DNA from: an uncultured Candidatus Binatia bacterium
Lineage (GTDB): Bacteria > Desulfobacterota > Binatia > Bin18
Assembly: GCA_965214605.1 (NCBI GenBank)
Contig: OZ243961.1
Location: 3,360,001 to 3,424,000 of the forward strand
Length of the DNA: 64,000 bases
Direction: 5' to 3'
Below the pieces are notes generated by a model. It searched no databases, was not told the origin of the DNA, and was given only the letters and a program-made list of their open reading frames with translations. The translations under genes were made by a program, and so were the position numbers. Positions 27,711-38,036 of the stretch are shown here, piece by piece; position 1 is the stretch's first letter; each line of letters begins with the position of its first letter.

Positions 27711-30179
27711 TTAGGCGATAATGCCCTCTTTGGCGGCGCGGAGGAAGAATTTTGGTCTCCACAGGACCAGCGCGGCAGGGACAAAGGTACACGCTCCAAA
27801 GAAGCTAATGCCCATCCACAGCGCCAGCAACAGGCCCATTTCAGAGCAGAAACGGATACTGGCAAAGGCCCACAACATAGTTGCGGCGATCAGGGTGGCG
27901 GCTGTAAAGGCAACCGCCTTACCCGCTGTGTGCAGGCCCATGCGGACCGATTCACTGACTCTGTAGGACTCAATTTCTTTTTCGCTGAGATCCTCCTTAC
28001 CGGCCGAATACTCCTCAAGCGATTTGGCTACGGTTGGGCCGTTGTACTCTTCGACCGCCCGACTCACGATATACAGGGCGTAGTCAATACCAAACCCGAC
28101 TCCAACCGTCACAATCGGCAGTGACTGGAGATTAATTCCGATGTTGCGGAAGCCCATATAGGCATTCACAATACCGTTGGCCAGGAACAGGCCGATCATC
28201 ATCACGAGAGAGGCCACCGGTGAGCGGTAGGTAAACATCACGATCAGGAAGATTGTGCCGAACCCGAGCAGATTCATCAAAATATCGTTTTTCAGAATCT
28301 CTTCGTTGGCCGCTGCTGTCACCCCGATCAGGCCTCCGGCTAAACGATAGTCGGCGGTGTCAAGAGGATTGTCGTCCACGTACTGCTGCACAAAATGCAT
28401 GATCCGGGCAATATTATCGCCCTGGTGATTGGCGCAGTAGAAGGTCACTCGGGTAGTGGTATAACTTGGGTCGAGAAAGCGCGAGGTTTCGCCTGGCGGC
28501 GCCCCGGCGAAGAAGAAGAAGAAGAGGGCGCTGACTTTTTGACGTTCCTGCGGAATCACCCCCCAGCGTGGTTGCATATCGTAGAACGTCATATTGATCG
28601 ACTGAATGATATCGGCCAGCGAGAAACTATAGCCAATATCTGGATCACGCTCCATGTAGCGCTGGAAGCCCTCCATGTTGCGCAACAGGGTCGGATCTTT
28701 GAGTATGTCCTTATCCCGGCCTTCGAGCACGATGATCAAGGGTTCAATACCGCCGAAAAATCGCTGAATCTCGAGGTGCGCCTGGTTATAGGGAGAATCT
28801 AGATGCAGCAGCGGGGTACTGGCACTTGGATCACCGATAGTCAGATGGCGGACTTGGGTCATAGCCAGCATGAAAGCAATAACCCAGAACACGATGACCG
28901 TTCTGGAGTTGCGGGGAACGACAATCCAGGCCGATGCTCGGCCAATAAGACCTTGGAACCAACCCTCCTCTCGTTTGATGACTTTTGATCTCTCAGGGGC
29001 TCTGAGGTAGTAGTAGACGACCGGGTTGAGCAGCAGCTCACTGATTGCTACCGACGCGACCCAGATGGAAGCAGAAATAGCGATCCGTTGGAGGATGACC
29101 ACCGGCACGATGATAATCACCAGCATTCCAAGTGAGTCGGTGATAATGCCGCTTAAGGTCGGCACGAACAGCTCGGCAAAGGCTGAGACAATGGCCTGTT
29201 CTTTATTCCAGTTACAGCGTCGGTACTCTTCATAGTAGCGCTCGTGCATCTGGACCGAGTGGCTCACCGCCCGTGCCGTCACAAAGAAGGGAATTACCAG
29301 GGCCAGGGGGTCCATGGCAAAGCCCATCATGGATTGGATGCCTAAGCCCCAGAAGGCCGAGATAATACCGGTGATGGTCGGCCGCAGAGCACCCCGCCAG
29401 TCGTGGAAGTACAGGTAGAGCAGAATCCAACACACCAGGGTTGCGGCTAGAAAGACGTAGAACACCTCGTTGGCATAATAGTAAATCCAGCCGTACAGCT
29501 GTGGCTCGCCAGCGACGTAGATTTCGTGGTTTTCGGTTTCAAACGGTTCTTTGACCGTCCGAGCAATTTGGTCAAAGATCTCTTTGTAGTCGAGACGGCC
29601 CTCAATAAAGTTGGCCTTGATCAGCAGGGCCTTGCCGTTGAGCGAGACGAGCTGGCCATAGATCGATTCGTCATTATAACAAATCTCCTTGATCTCAGCG
29701 ACCTCGGCCTCAGTCTTGGGGGGGCGGCGCATGACAGGTGGAGTGGCGATCGTTCCGCCCAGGACAGTTAAGTAGCGGGTGGTGCGGTGACCAATCGACT
29801 CAATCTGATCGTGGTTCACCCCTGCTACCCGGTCGATGGCCTGCGTCATGTCATAGATTTTGGTCAGCAGCTCCTTGGTGAAGACATCCCCCTCTTTGAC
29901 CTTGAGCATGACGTTAACGTTGTTCGCGCCCCCAAACTGCTCGGCAAACCGGAAATGGACTTTGATCCAGGGGTGCTGGTAGGGCAGCAGATTGCTGAAC
30001 TGGGTGAACATCTCTATCTGTGCGGCCTGATAGGCCATAAAGCCGGTCAGGACGGCGATGGCAATGGTGATTGGAAAGCGGAATCGAATGAGCCCTTCGC
30101 CAAGGCGGTAGAGGGCGGGTTTTTCCTGTAATGCGTGGGAAACATTTCCCTCTTGCGGGGTGTTCGTTTCATCGGCCAT
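27711..30179 (-). CDS. MMPL/RND (HAE3-like) inner-membrane transporter
   Basis: Two RND halves with large periplasmic loops; ARAVSHSVQ, GVGFGIDY. Confidence 0.9.
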   Translation of the reverse strand: MADETNTPQEGNVSHALQEKPALYRLGEGLIRFRFPITIAIAVLTGFMAYQAAQIEMFTQFSNLLPYQHPWIKVHFRFAEQFGGANNVNVMLKVKEGDVFTKELLTKIYDMTQAIDRVAGVNHDQIESIGHRTTRYLTVLGGTIATPPVMRRPPKTEAEVAEIKEICYNDESIYGQLVSLNGKALLIKANFIEGRLDYKEIFDQIARTVKEPFETENHEIYVAGEPQLYGWIYYYANEVFYVFLAATLVCWILLYLYFHDWRGALRPTITGIISAFWGLGIQSMMGFAMDPLALVIPFFVTARAVSHSVQMHERYYEEYRRCNWNKEQAIVSAFAELFVPTLSGIITDSLGMLVIIIVPVVILQRIAISASIWVASVAISELLLNPVVYYYLRAPERSKVIKREEGWFQGLIGRASAWIVVPRNSRTVIVFWVIAFMLAMTQVRHLTIGDPSASTPLLHLDSPYNQAHLEIQRFFGGIEPLIIVLEGRDKDILKDPTLLRNMEGFQRYMERDPDIGYSFSLADIIQSINMTFYDMQPRWGVIPQERQKVSALFFFFFAGAPPGETSRFLDPSYTTTRVTFYCANHQGDNIARIMHFVQQYVDDNPLDTADYRLAGGLIGVTAAANEEILKNDILMNLLGFGTIFLIVMFTYRSPVASLVMMIGLFLANGIVNAYMGFRNIGINLQSLPIVTVGVGFGIDYALYIVSRAVEEYNGPTVAKSLEEYSAGKEDLSEKEIESYRVSESVRMGLHTAGKAVAFTAATLIAATMLWAFASIRFCSEMGLLLALWMGISFFGACTFVPAALVLWRPKFFLRAAKEGIIA

Positions 30180-30190
30180 GGGGGTCTCCT

Positions 30191-31297
30191 TTATTGGTCT
30201 TTAATCGGACGCCAGGTTTTGCCGAAGTCGTTGGTCAGCAGAATACTCCCTTTTCCGCCGACCATAACGCCTTTGCCGCTTTCCGCAATAGCAACTCCGT
30301 TTAGCCAGGTAAACACGTCGGCATCGGTGGTTGCGGCCGACCAGTTGGCACCATTATTGTCGGAGTTCACTACCAGGCCGTTTGAGCCGACGGCAACAAT
30401 TTGACCGTCGGAAGTTGGCTGAACAAGGTCGTAGATCGGCATGTTCGGGAGATCGGCATGTGTCCCCTCCCGAGAGATCCAGCCCCAGGTCTGACCGCCG
30501 TCACTGGTGGAGGCGACCGAGCCGGCGCCACCAACAATGATGCCATTATTTTGGTCGGCAAAATGGACGCGGAAGAAGGCAGACAGCGACATCACATCTG
30601 AAGCTGCCACCCCCATCTCTCTCAGCGAGTCGATCAAGCTGCCGTGCTGAGAGCCCCAGGTCTGACCGCCATCGGTGGTGTTGCGGATATTGCCGTATTC
30701 CCCCACCATCCAGCCGTTCTGGGCATCAACGAAATGGATGCTGTAGTACATGATATCAGGAACGGCCAGCCTCATATCGTCGTTGAGACCAACCTCGGAC
30801 ACTTCAATGCGCTTGAAGGTCCAGGATTCCCCGCCGTTATCCGTCAATATCAAGGTCGATTCGTCACCGCTCGCCCAGCCGTTCAACTCGTCAGCAAAAG
30901 AGACGGAGAACAGGGTTTTTTCAGTCTGCGACTGCTGCTGAGTCCAGGTTTTGCCGCCGTCGCGTGAGTGGATTACGGTGCCGTAGTGACCGACCGCCCA
31001 GCCGTTATCCCCGATGAATTGCACTTGGTTGAGCGCCCACTCCGAGGGAGACTCGATCTCTATCCAAGTTTCACCGGCATCCTCAGAGCGGATGATACGA
31101 CCGTTGTAGCCGACGATAACAAAGGTATCGCCCGTGGTGTGGGCAACGTCGAAGAATTTATCGGTACGGGTAATCAGTTTCTCGACAAATGCTGCTGAAT
31201 AGTCCCGATGACAGCCGGCTAGCCCAAGACTAAGTACAACGGCTAGAACAAAGAAACTCAGACTTGTGCGGGCACTGCCGGCCCTGTGCATATCCAT
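30191..31297 (-). CDS. YCF48/BNR-repeat beta-propeller lipoprotein
   Basis: Lipobox LAGC; repeated S/TxDGGxTW Asp-boxes; AAAGGAGG RBS. Confidence 0.88.
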   Translation of the reverse strand: MDMHRAGSARTSLSFFVLAVVLSLGLAGCHRDYSAAFVEKLITRTDKFFDVAHTTGDTFVIVGYNGRIIRSEDAGETWIEIESPSEWALNQVQFIGDNGWAVGHYGTVIHSRDGGKTWTQQQSQTEKTLFSVSFADELNGWASGDESTLILTDNGGESWTFKRIEVSEVGLNDDMRLAVPDIMYYSIHFVDAQNGWMVGEYGNIRNTTDGGQTWGSQHGSLIDSLREMGVAASDVMSLSAFFRVHFADQNNGIIVGGAGSVASTSDGGQTWGWISREGTHADLPNMPIYDLVQPTSDGQIVAVGSNGLVVNSDNNGANWSAATTDADVFTWLNGVAIAESGKGVMVGGKGSILLTNDFGKTWRPIKDQ

Positions 31298-31616
31298 CGC
31301 CTGTGACCTCCTTTGAGATGGTGCGAATATGGGCATCCCCGGTAGGGCGGTATGACCTCACGTCCTTTGCATGGTTTTTCTGCAAAAGTCAAGGGTTCAA
31401 GAGGGAGAGAGAATTGGATACCTACTCCGCTCACTCTGACGCCCGAGCGTTAGGTATGGGCGTCAAGCGTGGCCGCCATCGCCTGCCGGTCAATTCACTG
31501 TTCAGCTTCACCATTTAGACCGCCCAACAGAGATGCACAACGCGGATAACGATCGAGAGCGATTCAAATACGGGTCATGAGAGAGGAGCAGGGTTCAGCC
31601 GGTCAAAAGTGGTGCA

Positions 31617-31643
31617 GCGGGAGAGAGAGCAACTCTCTCCCGC
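31617..31643 (-). terminator. Hairpin 3' of the DUF1302-like gene
   Basis: GCGGGAGAGAG-N5-CTCTCTCCCGC. Confidence 0.6.
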
Positions 31644-31655
31644 CTCTGGGTGTTC

Positions 31656-33872
31656 CTAGATGAGGTAGTAGGTGGCTTCAAGCCAGACCAGGTCCTGGTT
31701 CGCAAAATAGTTGAGCAGCGACCATGAGTTACTGTTCTGACTCCCCATGAACCAGGCCGTACCAAACGAAAGGTCAAGCGGCATGCCTCGCAGCTCGCGC
31801 CACCACCACTGCGAGAACAGCAGTACGTGGGCACCACGCGGTTCCCAGGCCACGGCGTTGCGGCCTTCTAGCTTGCCCCGGAAGTATCCGTTGCCTGCCA
31901 GAGCTAGGGTGAACAGGTGGTTCCAGCGTTTGGTGCTACACCCGCGCACCGCATCCCGTTTAGGGGCCAGCGGATCGTCCGGGTTGGCTGGGTCGTATGT
32001 CCCGTCGCCTTGTGTCCTCTTCGATGCATCTGGTTGTGGAAGGGCTGCAGGAAGACCCTGAGCGAAGTTCCAGTTACACATGTTGTTGGTTACCCCTGAG
32101 CGACCTGTAGCGTTGTATTGCATCAGCCACTGGCCGGTCAGGAAGGATTGCTGGACGCCGAACTGCCCGGGCAGGATGCGTGTCCAGCCCATGCCGGGGT
32201 AGCTCATCAGGGACTGGATCAGGTCAAACCCGAACATGCTGCGCCACACGGCACCGCTGTTCAGGATCCGGCCCCGGCGCCGAGCGCGGGAGTTAGGATC
32301 TGCCTCTCCGTTGATTGTCACGGTCTTTTTGTTCAGAGCTTCTTTGGTGCTGTAGCTCTGCTCTAGGCGGAACACTGCCCCGGTGTAGTCGAAGTCGTTG
32401 TAGGTCATGGTAAAGCCGACCACATTCGAGTAGCGCCGCTGGTGGCTGAAACCGTTGGTGCAGTAGGTAACGTTTGGCCGGGCGGCGTGCCGCTGCCTCG
32501 CTGCCCCGGTCGGGAGGCCGTTCTCGTCGAGATGGCGCTCTCCCCAGTTGTAGCCGAGCAGGTCGGTCCCGTGCAGGGCGCCAAAGAAGTTTCCATTAGT
32601 CCGGCCGTTGCGGGCCACACCCTGTTTGCCGCTCTCTGACAGGCAGCGCAGCAACCCCTCACGAAAGCTACCGGCGGCCTCAACCGCTGTCCCGTCTATC
32701 ATGCCGTCTCCATCCATGTCCGGCCCATACTGACTGAAGTCGCTGACAGTGTTCCCGTTGGCAAAGGTGTAGGGGATGTACATGTAGTTGAGGGAGAAGT
32801 CGAGGTTGAAATAAGTGCTGCCGGTAAAGCGGACTCCGGCCGAATGCCAGTGACCTCGGCTGTGGTGATGCGAGTTGCCCTTGGGCAGGTTAACCACAAC
32901 GCTCGTGCGGTCCATAGGCACGTCGGCCGCACACCGGGCGTTGGTCAAACACAGGAAGTCGACCGAGTCGGTTCTGGCGTTGTTGCCGGTGATCTGGAGC
33001 GACCAGGGATGGTCAGAACGCCGGCTGCCAATCCAGGCCGGTCGGTAGGGCAGCATGCGGATTGTTCCGTCGGACCCGACCGTTCCGCAGTCGTCGACAG
33101 ACCAGTCATAGTACATCCCGTCCTTTTCACAGCCGCGCACCTGAAACTGATTCCGCCAGCCATCTTCGAGTACCAAGTCAGTCGCACCAGTGCGGTATTT
33201 GGGGGTGTAGAATGCTTCCACACCTGCCCCCGAAATCCAGGTGCCGATGTTACCGATGTCGTAGAGAGCCTTGAGGGCCAGAATTGGGCTGCGAAATTCG
33301 TCGAATTTCTCACCCACCCCAAAGTTCTGGTCAATCCGTAATGGGTTGACAATATCAATAGAGCGGAACAGGTCAGACTCACCCCACACGATCTGATGAT
33401 ACCCCCAACGGGTGAACAGCTTGCCCGGCCCGATATAGCCGTGGTCAATATCGACGTACAAATCCCGAAAGCCATTCTCCGGCACCAGCCAGTTCTGGGT
33501 GTGCTCTTCGTCGTACAGGTCTTTGTAGTGGTCACGAATCACATAGACCGGATCAACCCGTGAACGCCAGCGGGCACTCAGCGAGGCGCTTTCCACTGTC
33601 GGCACCGGGATTTCGAATTTGCCGAAGAGCTTGCCCCGGCGGTAAAAATTGTCATAAGTCAGCCAGATAAAGCCTTCATTGCGCCACTGCACCCAGTCGA
33701 AATGGTCGCTGTCGGTCTGAAAAGTGTGACGCATGCGATACCAAGTCTGAAGCTCGATGTCTGGTGCTAAGCGGACCGAAGCCCAGGCGTCCGCGCCCCA
33801 GACAAGCAGTCCAAGGGTGCCTACTAGCACGCCGAGGACGAGACGTTGTCCCAGTGTTGTTATTCTTCTCAT
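31656..33872 (-). CDS. DUF1302-like outer-membrane protein
   Basis: Signal peptide, RDLYVD, QIVWGESDLFRSIDIVNP, C-terminal LEATYYLI; context next to YCF48 and RND. Confidence 0.78.
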   Translation of the reverse strand: MRRITTLGQRLVLGVLVGTLGLLVWGADAWASVRLAPDIELQTWYRMRHTFQTDSDHFDWVQWRNEGFIWLTYDNFYRRGKLFGKFEIPVPTVESASLSARWRSRVDPVYVIRDHYKDLYDEEHTQNWLVPENGFRDLYVDIDHGYIGPGKLFTRWGYHQIVWGESDLFRSIDIVNPLRIDQNFGVGEKFDEFRSPILALKALYDIGNIGTWISGAGVEAFYTPKYRTGATDLVLEDGWRNQFQVRGCEKDGMYYDWSVDDCGTVGSDGTIRMLPYRPAWIGSRRSDHPWSLQITGNNARTDSVDFLCLTNARCAADVPMDRTSVVVNLPKGNSHHHSRGHWHSAGVRFTGSTYFNLDFSLNYMYIPYTFANGNTVSDFSQYGPDMDGDGMIDGTAVEAAGSFREGLLRCLSESGKQGVARNGRTNGNFFGALHGTDLLGYNWGERHLDENGLPTGAARQRHAARPNVTYCTNGFSHQRRYSNVVGFTMTYNDFDYTGAVFRLEQSYSTKEALNKKTVTINGEADPNSRARRRGRILNSGAVWRSMFGFDLIQSLMSYPGMGWTRILPGQFGVQQSFLTGQWLMQYNATGRSGVTNNMCNWNFAQGLPAALPQPDASKRTQGDGTYDPANPDDPLAPKRDAVRGCSTKRWNHLFTLALAGNGYFRGKLEGRNAVAWEPRGAHVLLFSQWWWRELRGMPLDLSFGTAWFMGSQNSNSWSLLNYFANQDLVWLEATYYLI

Positions 33873-34085
33873 CCTATACCCTCCTTGAGATCAGGTCTCT
33901 CATGCAAATGCCCTTTTCCTCCATCCTCTTCGCGCGCAGAGAAAATAGCCCTCCTGTAGCTGGGTACCTCCTTTCCTAGATGTGTGCATTCAGCAGGAAG
34001 AATACGCCTGCCCTCCTTCCGTTCGTGCGTGGCTAAGTTGTATCTCCTGCCTCTCAATTGTGAGAGATGCCTCCTGCGCTCTGGC

Positions 34086-34114
34086 CTTATACAGAAAAGC
34101 GTATCCTTGTGCAA
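34086..34114 (-). promoter_or_regulatory. Putative sigma70 promoter of the DUF1302 operon
   Basis: Minus strand TTGCAC-N17-TATAAG. Confidence 0.6.
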
Positions 34115-34685
34115 GTTTCTCTCCTGCTTTTTATCCAAGCCGGAAAACAGGGGAATATCAGCGGAGCCCTCATGACCTAGCGGGAATTGGTAGTGTGCCG
34201 GCTTGCTCTGTCGCGGCTTAGGGAGCCTCCTCTACAAAACTCCTAGACAGCCGGTAAGGGCACTTCCGTGAGCTCACACACATCTCTGGGGTCTCTCCAA
34301 TTCCTCCATAGGTCAAGAATTTCAAGCGAGGGTGCAACATACTTCCCCCATGAAGCCTAATCCCCAGACTACATCTGATTCTGGGCTGGCAGCTTACGCT
34401 CATGATTATCCTTAATTGTTCTCCTTCCTCAATGCTCTCTCTGTCTCTTCACCGCGGCGGCGACGCGGACATGGCTCTGCCCCAGGCCGAGCGTCGGACA
34501 AGCGCTTGAGCTGGGCGGCTATGCACTGGTGGTGTCAATCAGATGCGTATGGACGGCGTTAAAGCAGTGGCGCAGTTCGTGCTGCTCAGTACGCAATCCG
34601 CCGAGTTCGGCACGTAGACCCTGCTCGCTGGCAAGGATGACACCGACTAATGACAAGCCCGGTCTCGTAAGCACTTCTTGCTGTT

Positions 34686-35225
34686 CTATGCGATCAAAGC
34701 TTCGCTAGGTGTTGATAACTCAGCCGACGCTGGGTCAGCCGGGCCGGGAGTGTAGAGGCCGGCTCGTTCGGCCAGTTGATTCAGGGTGGCGTTGATGTGC
34801 AAGACGATCTGCTGCGCCCGGAAAAGATCATTCGTGGCGTTGGAAAGCTGCACGTAGTCTTTGCGCTCGGTGGCATCAACCGCGGCCGCAAGGGCAAATT
34901 GATGCGCCCGCCAGCCTTCAATGTACTGCTGATGGATATTTAAGATCTGCGGGGTCCGGGGCTGATACCCCTCGAGTTCCCGAATATAGTCCTGGCTCAG
35001 ACCAATCAGCGGCCTCAGCACGTTAATCGTCAGATCATCATGGACAAACTGATCGCGACGGACCGTTTCGATGGCGGTATTCACGCGGTTCTCGGTCGGG
35101 AACCAGTTCCGTTTTTGTTCAAGATACTGCTTGAGGTCATCTTGGATGCTGTACTCTTGGGATGGCGAGCAGGCGCTCAACAGCACACAACACAGTACGA
35201 AAAAAGACACGGTTTTGTAAGGCAT
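34686..35225 (-). CDS. Hypothetical helical lipoprotein
   Basis: Lipobox LLSAC; last gene of the Gld-like ABC run. Confidence 0.75.
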   Translation of the reverse strand: MPYKTVSFFVLCCVLLSACSPSQEYSIQDDLKQYLEQKRNWFPTENRVNTAIETVRRDQFVHDDLTINVLRPLIGLSQDYIRELEGYQPRTPQILNIHQQYIEGWRAHQFALAAAVDATERKDYVQLSNATNDLFRAQQIVLHINATLNQLAERAGLYTPGPADPASAELSTPSEALIA

Positions 35226-35240
35226 GGATGATAGCAAGGC

Positions 35241-35849
35241 TTAGTCTTGGGCAAGGGCTTGGCTTTCTGCTGTGTCCCGCGCCGGCTCGACGGCTTCAGG
35301 GCTGCCGTGTGTGGTCTCGGTGGCGGCTTCAAACAGCAGTTCTTCATAGTAGAACGCGCTATAGCCTAATAGCACCACCTCGGGGGATCCCTCTTTGCTT
35401 GCGTACACGGCGGTTGAGGTGGGGTTGCGGCCACCAATAAAAACGGTGGCCAAATCGCTCTCGGTCTTACCCTTGAGGATAATCGTGGCATGCGGAGGCT
35501 TGAGGCCATAGACGGCCGGATCGTCGGCCGCTTCCTCTACCACCTGGGTCTCTTGTTCCATGGTCAGGTTTTCAATCAGGCTCGTCACCAGCGATGAGGT
35601 AGCGTAGCCCCCCTGGGGTTCAACCACCTGCCAGCTGTCTCCGTCAAACAGACACCGAACCACCTGCCCGTCACGGTGGAGTTGAAGCTCTTGGATAGAC
35701 TCCCGTGAAAAGGGTAAAAAACGACTCTGGGTTGGCGCGTATTCTCTGAGGTGGGGCCTCTCACCGACTGGGTCCCACACAAAGGCAAAAAAATACACGC
35801 CAAACACGGCCGCCAGGCTGTAATAGACGCCAATTCGCAGCCAGCTCAT
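35241..35849 (-). CDS. DUF4340 domain protein
   Basis: N-terminal TM, WQVVEP, YGLKPP, IGGRNP; follows the GldG-like gene. Confidence 0.8.
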   Translation of the reverse strand: MSWLRIGVYYSLAAVFGVYFFAFVWDPVGERPHLREYAPTQSRFLPFSRESIQELQLHRDGQVVRCLFDGDSWQVVEPQGGYATSSLVTSLIENLTMEQETQVVEEAADDPAVYGLKPPHATIILKGKTESDLATVFIGGRNPTSTAVYASKEGSPEVVLLGYSAFYYEELLFEAATETTHGSPEAVEPARDTAESQALAQD

Positions 35850-37219
35850 CCGCGCTGCCTCCGCCACATGAACACGCCGATACCTATTAGCAGAAAGGAA
35901 CCCGGCAGGATGGCTGTGCTGACGAGGAGGATCCGCTGGCCTTGTTCATCGGTCAGGTAAAACTGTTTCTCTCCAGCTGGCTGTTTGGTAGCCCGTTCGC
36001 CAGTCTGACCGATGTCGTCGGCCAGCCAATTGACGGCGTTGATAAAGAGGTCCCGGTTGCCGCCCTGCTCAAGCAGACCGTTGTGGGCAAAGTCGACATC
36101 GCCAAAGACTATGATCCGGCCGGGACTTTCCCCCGGCTGCTCTCTATTGGCAAGAATGACTTCTCCGGCAATCGGGACAGGGCCGCGTAAGTCTCGGCCG
36201 ACAATAAACTGAATTTCGCGCTGGGCTGAGATACGCTGCTCGGCGCTGCCAAAGCCCGACCCTGAGGTTGCCAGAATAGGCGCCGCTCTGATGCCTTTGT
36301 CGAGGTCTTGGCGCACTTCAACGACCCGCGACAGGGAGAAGATCGGCGGAGCGTTAACCGCTTTGATCATATCGTGGGTGGTGGCGGTCCGTGAGGCCCG
36401 AAAGGTAATGGATTCCCCGGCATAGATCCGCTTTGAGGGATCGACAGCGATATAATCTAATGGGTAGACTCCGTATTGCTCCAGAAAGGAGTCAAGATTC
36501 GATGTACTGTTGGGATCGATCATCACAAACAGAGCGCCCCCCCGTTTCAAATAGGCGTCAAGGGCTTGCAGTTCAAAGGGCAGGAACGAATCCGTAGGGC
36601 CGAGCAGGACGATCACCGCGGCATCGTCCGGTACCCCGCCGGCGTCTACCAGCGAGATCTGTTTGGCAACGTAAAACTCGTCCGCCATGGCGCCCCGGAG
36701 TTTGGTGTAGCCGTCTTCGGGTTGAGGGTCGCTGAGATCTCCTTCGCCATGGCCGATCGTAAAATAGATAATCTTTTCCGCGCTGCGGGTGACGTGCAAC
36801 AGGGCTGCGATAACGTCGTTCTCACCGGAATGTAGGGAAGAATGGCGTCTGCGTCCGGCTGACTCAAACACAATTGTGCCATACCGGCGTGCGTCGTACT
36901 GTTGGGCCGTGGCCGGGCTGCGGTTCATGTCGACAATGGTATAGCGAAAGTGCTGGGACAGGCCGTCCATACGGCCTAGCATATCGGCCAGAAAAAAATT
37001 CTCGGGGCGGTCCGGATGGATAAAGGCGATGGCGTGGACATCTTGCTGCAAGTTCGATACCACATGCTGAGTGCGGGGGGCGAGAGTGAACTTCTTCTGC
37101 AGGGTGAGGTCGATCCGTTGGTTATAGTGGACGAGGACCGCTTGAATAGCGATCAACATGGCGAGAAATCCGACTGCTCCAATAAGGAGCTTGAGTGTGT
37201 TGCGTAGGTTGCTACTCAT
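35846..37219 (-). CDS. GldG-like ABC auxiliary component
   Basis: RIDLT..KFTL, YFTIGHGE, GGALFVMIDP, NRDLFINAVNWL; TM at both ends. Confidence 0.88.
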   Translation of the reverse strand: MSSNLRNTLKLLIGAVGFLAMLIAIQAVLVHYNQRIDLTLQKKFTLAPRTQHVVSNLQQDVHAIAFIHPDRPENFFLADMLGRMDGLSQHFRYTIVDMNRSPATAQQYDARRYGTIVFESAGRRRHSSLHSGENDVIAALLHVTRSAEKIIYFTIGHGEGDLSDPQPEDGYTKLRGAMADEFYVAKQISLVDAGGVPDDAAVIVLLGPTDSFLPFELQALDAYLKRGGALFVMIDPNSTSNLDSFLEQYGVYPLDYIAVDPSKRIYAGESITFRASRTATTHDMIKAVNAPPIFSLSRVVEVRQDLDKGIRAAPILATSGSGFGSAEQRISAQREIQFIVGRDLRGPVPIAGEVILANREQPGESPGRIIVFGDVDFAHNGLLEQGGNRDLFINAVNWLADDIGQTGERATKQPAGEKQFYLTDEQGQRILLVSTAILPGSFLLIGIGVFMWRRQRG

Positions 37220-37983
37220 CGGCGCCCCTTCCACTGGCGGGATTCGAGCGAACGGAGGGTCAAAAAGCTAAAGAACAGCACAAAGGCAAGGAAGAAGGTA
37301 ACCTCTTTGAGGTCAATAAATCCCTGGGCAAAACCCTGAAAATGGGTGACCATGGAGGTCTGGGATAACCAATACAGAAAGCCCTCGCGAGTGGCGCCCT
37401 CATTCCAGCTCAGGATCCAGAAGAACAGCAGCGTACACAGCGCGGCAAAGCCGGCCACCACCTGGTTGTCGGTCAGCGAGGAAATGAATAGGCCGCACGC
37501 GATGCAGGCCAGGGCAATGAGCACCAGTCCGCTATAGCCGGCCAGGACAAGCGTCCAGTTAAACGGCTGAACCCAGTAGACCAGAAGGGGATAGATCGCG
37601 GTAAAGGACAGCATGAACAGGGTGGCAAGGCTACAGGCGACGAATTTGCCCAGATACAACTCGGCGTCCCGCATCGGATAGGTCAGCAGAAGCTCAATCG
37701 TTCCCAGCCGTTTTTCTTCGGCGAACAACCGCATGGTCAAGAACGGAATCGCCAGCAGCAGCATCAGGCGGATATCGGTAAAAACGAGCTGCCAAAAATT
37801 TTCAATGATATTGAGGCCAAAACCGAACTGAACGTAGAAGATGAGGTCGGTATAAAAATAATAGCCGCTGACCAGCAGAAAGACTGCGGTGACAAGATAG
37901 ATAAACGGCGACAGAAAGTACGAGCGGAGTTCTTTGGCGACAATGGCCTGAAAATTTATCAAGAAGGTCCCTGCCTGTCCCAT
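37216..37983 (-). CDS. ABC-2 permease (GldF-like)
   Basis: KELRSYFLSP, TMRLFAEEKRLGTIELLLT. Confidence 0.9.
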   Translation of the reverse strand: MGQAGTFLINFQAIVAKELRSYFLSPFIYLVTAVFLLVSGYYFYTDLIFYVQFGFGLNIIENFWQLVFTDIRLMLLLAIPFLTMRLFAEEKRLGTIELLLTYPMRDAELYLGKFVACSLATLFMLSFTAIYPLLVYWVQPFNWTLVLAGYSGLVLIALACIACGLFISSLTDNQVVAGFAALCTLLFFWILSWNEGATREGFLYWLSQTSMVTHFQGFAQGFIDLKEVTFFLAFVLFFSFLTLRSLESRQWKGRR

Positions 37984-38036
37984 TTCCCGTCTCCTTCGGA
38001 GGCATCTATCCTGAACTGATCGCAGGATGTCGCCGG

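Noticed and set aside
27590-27865. Long N-terminal extension of the TPP enzyme (similar extensions on acnA, dsbA and the ABC genes)
   Set aside because: The extensions overlap neighbouring genes or terminators. Downstream ATGs with an RBS match the family starts.
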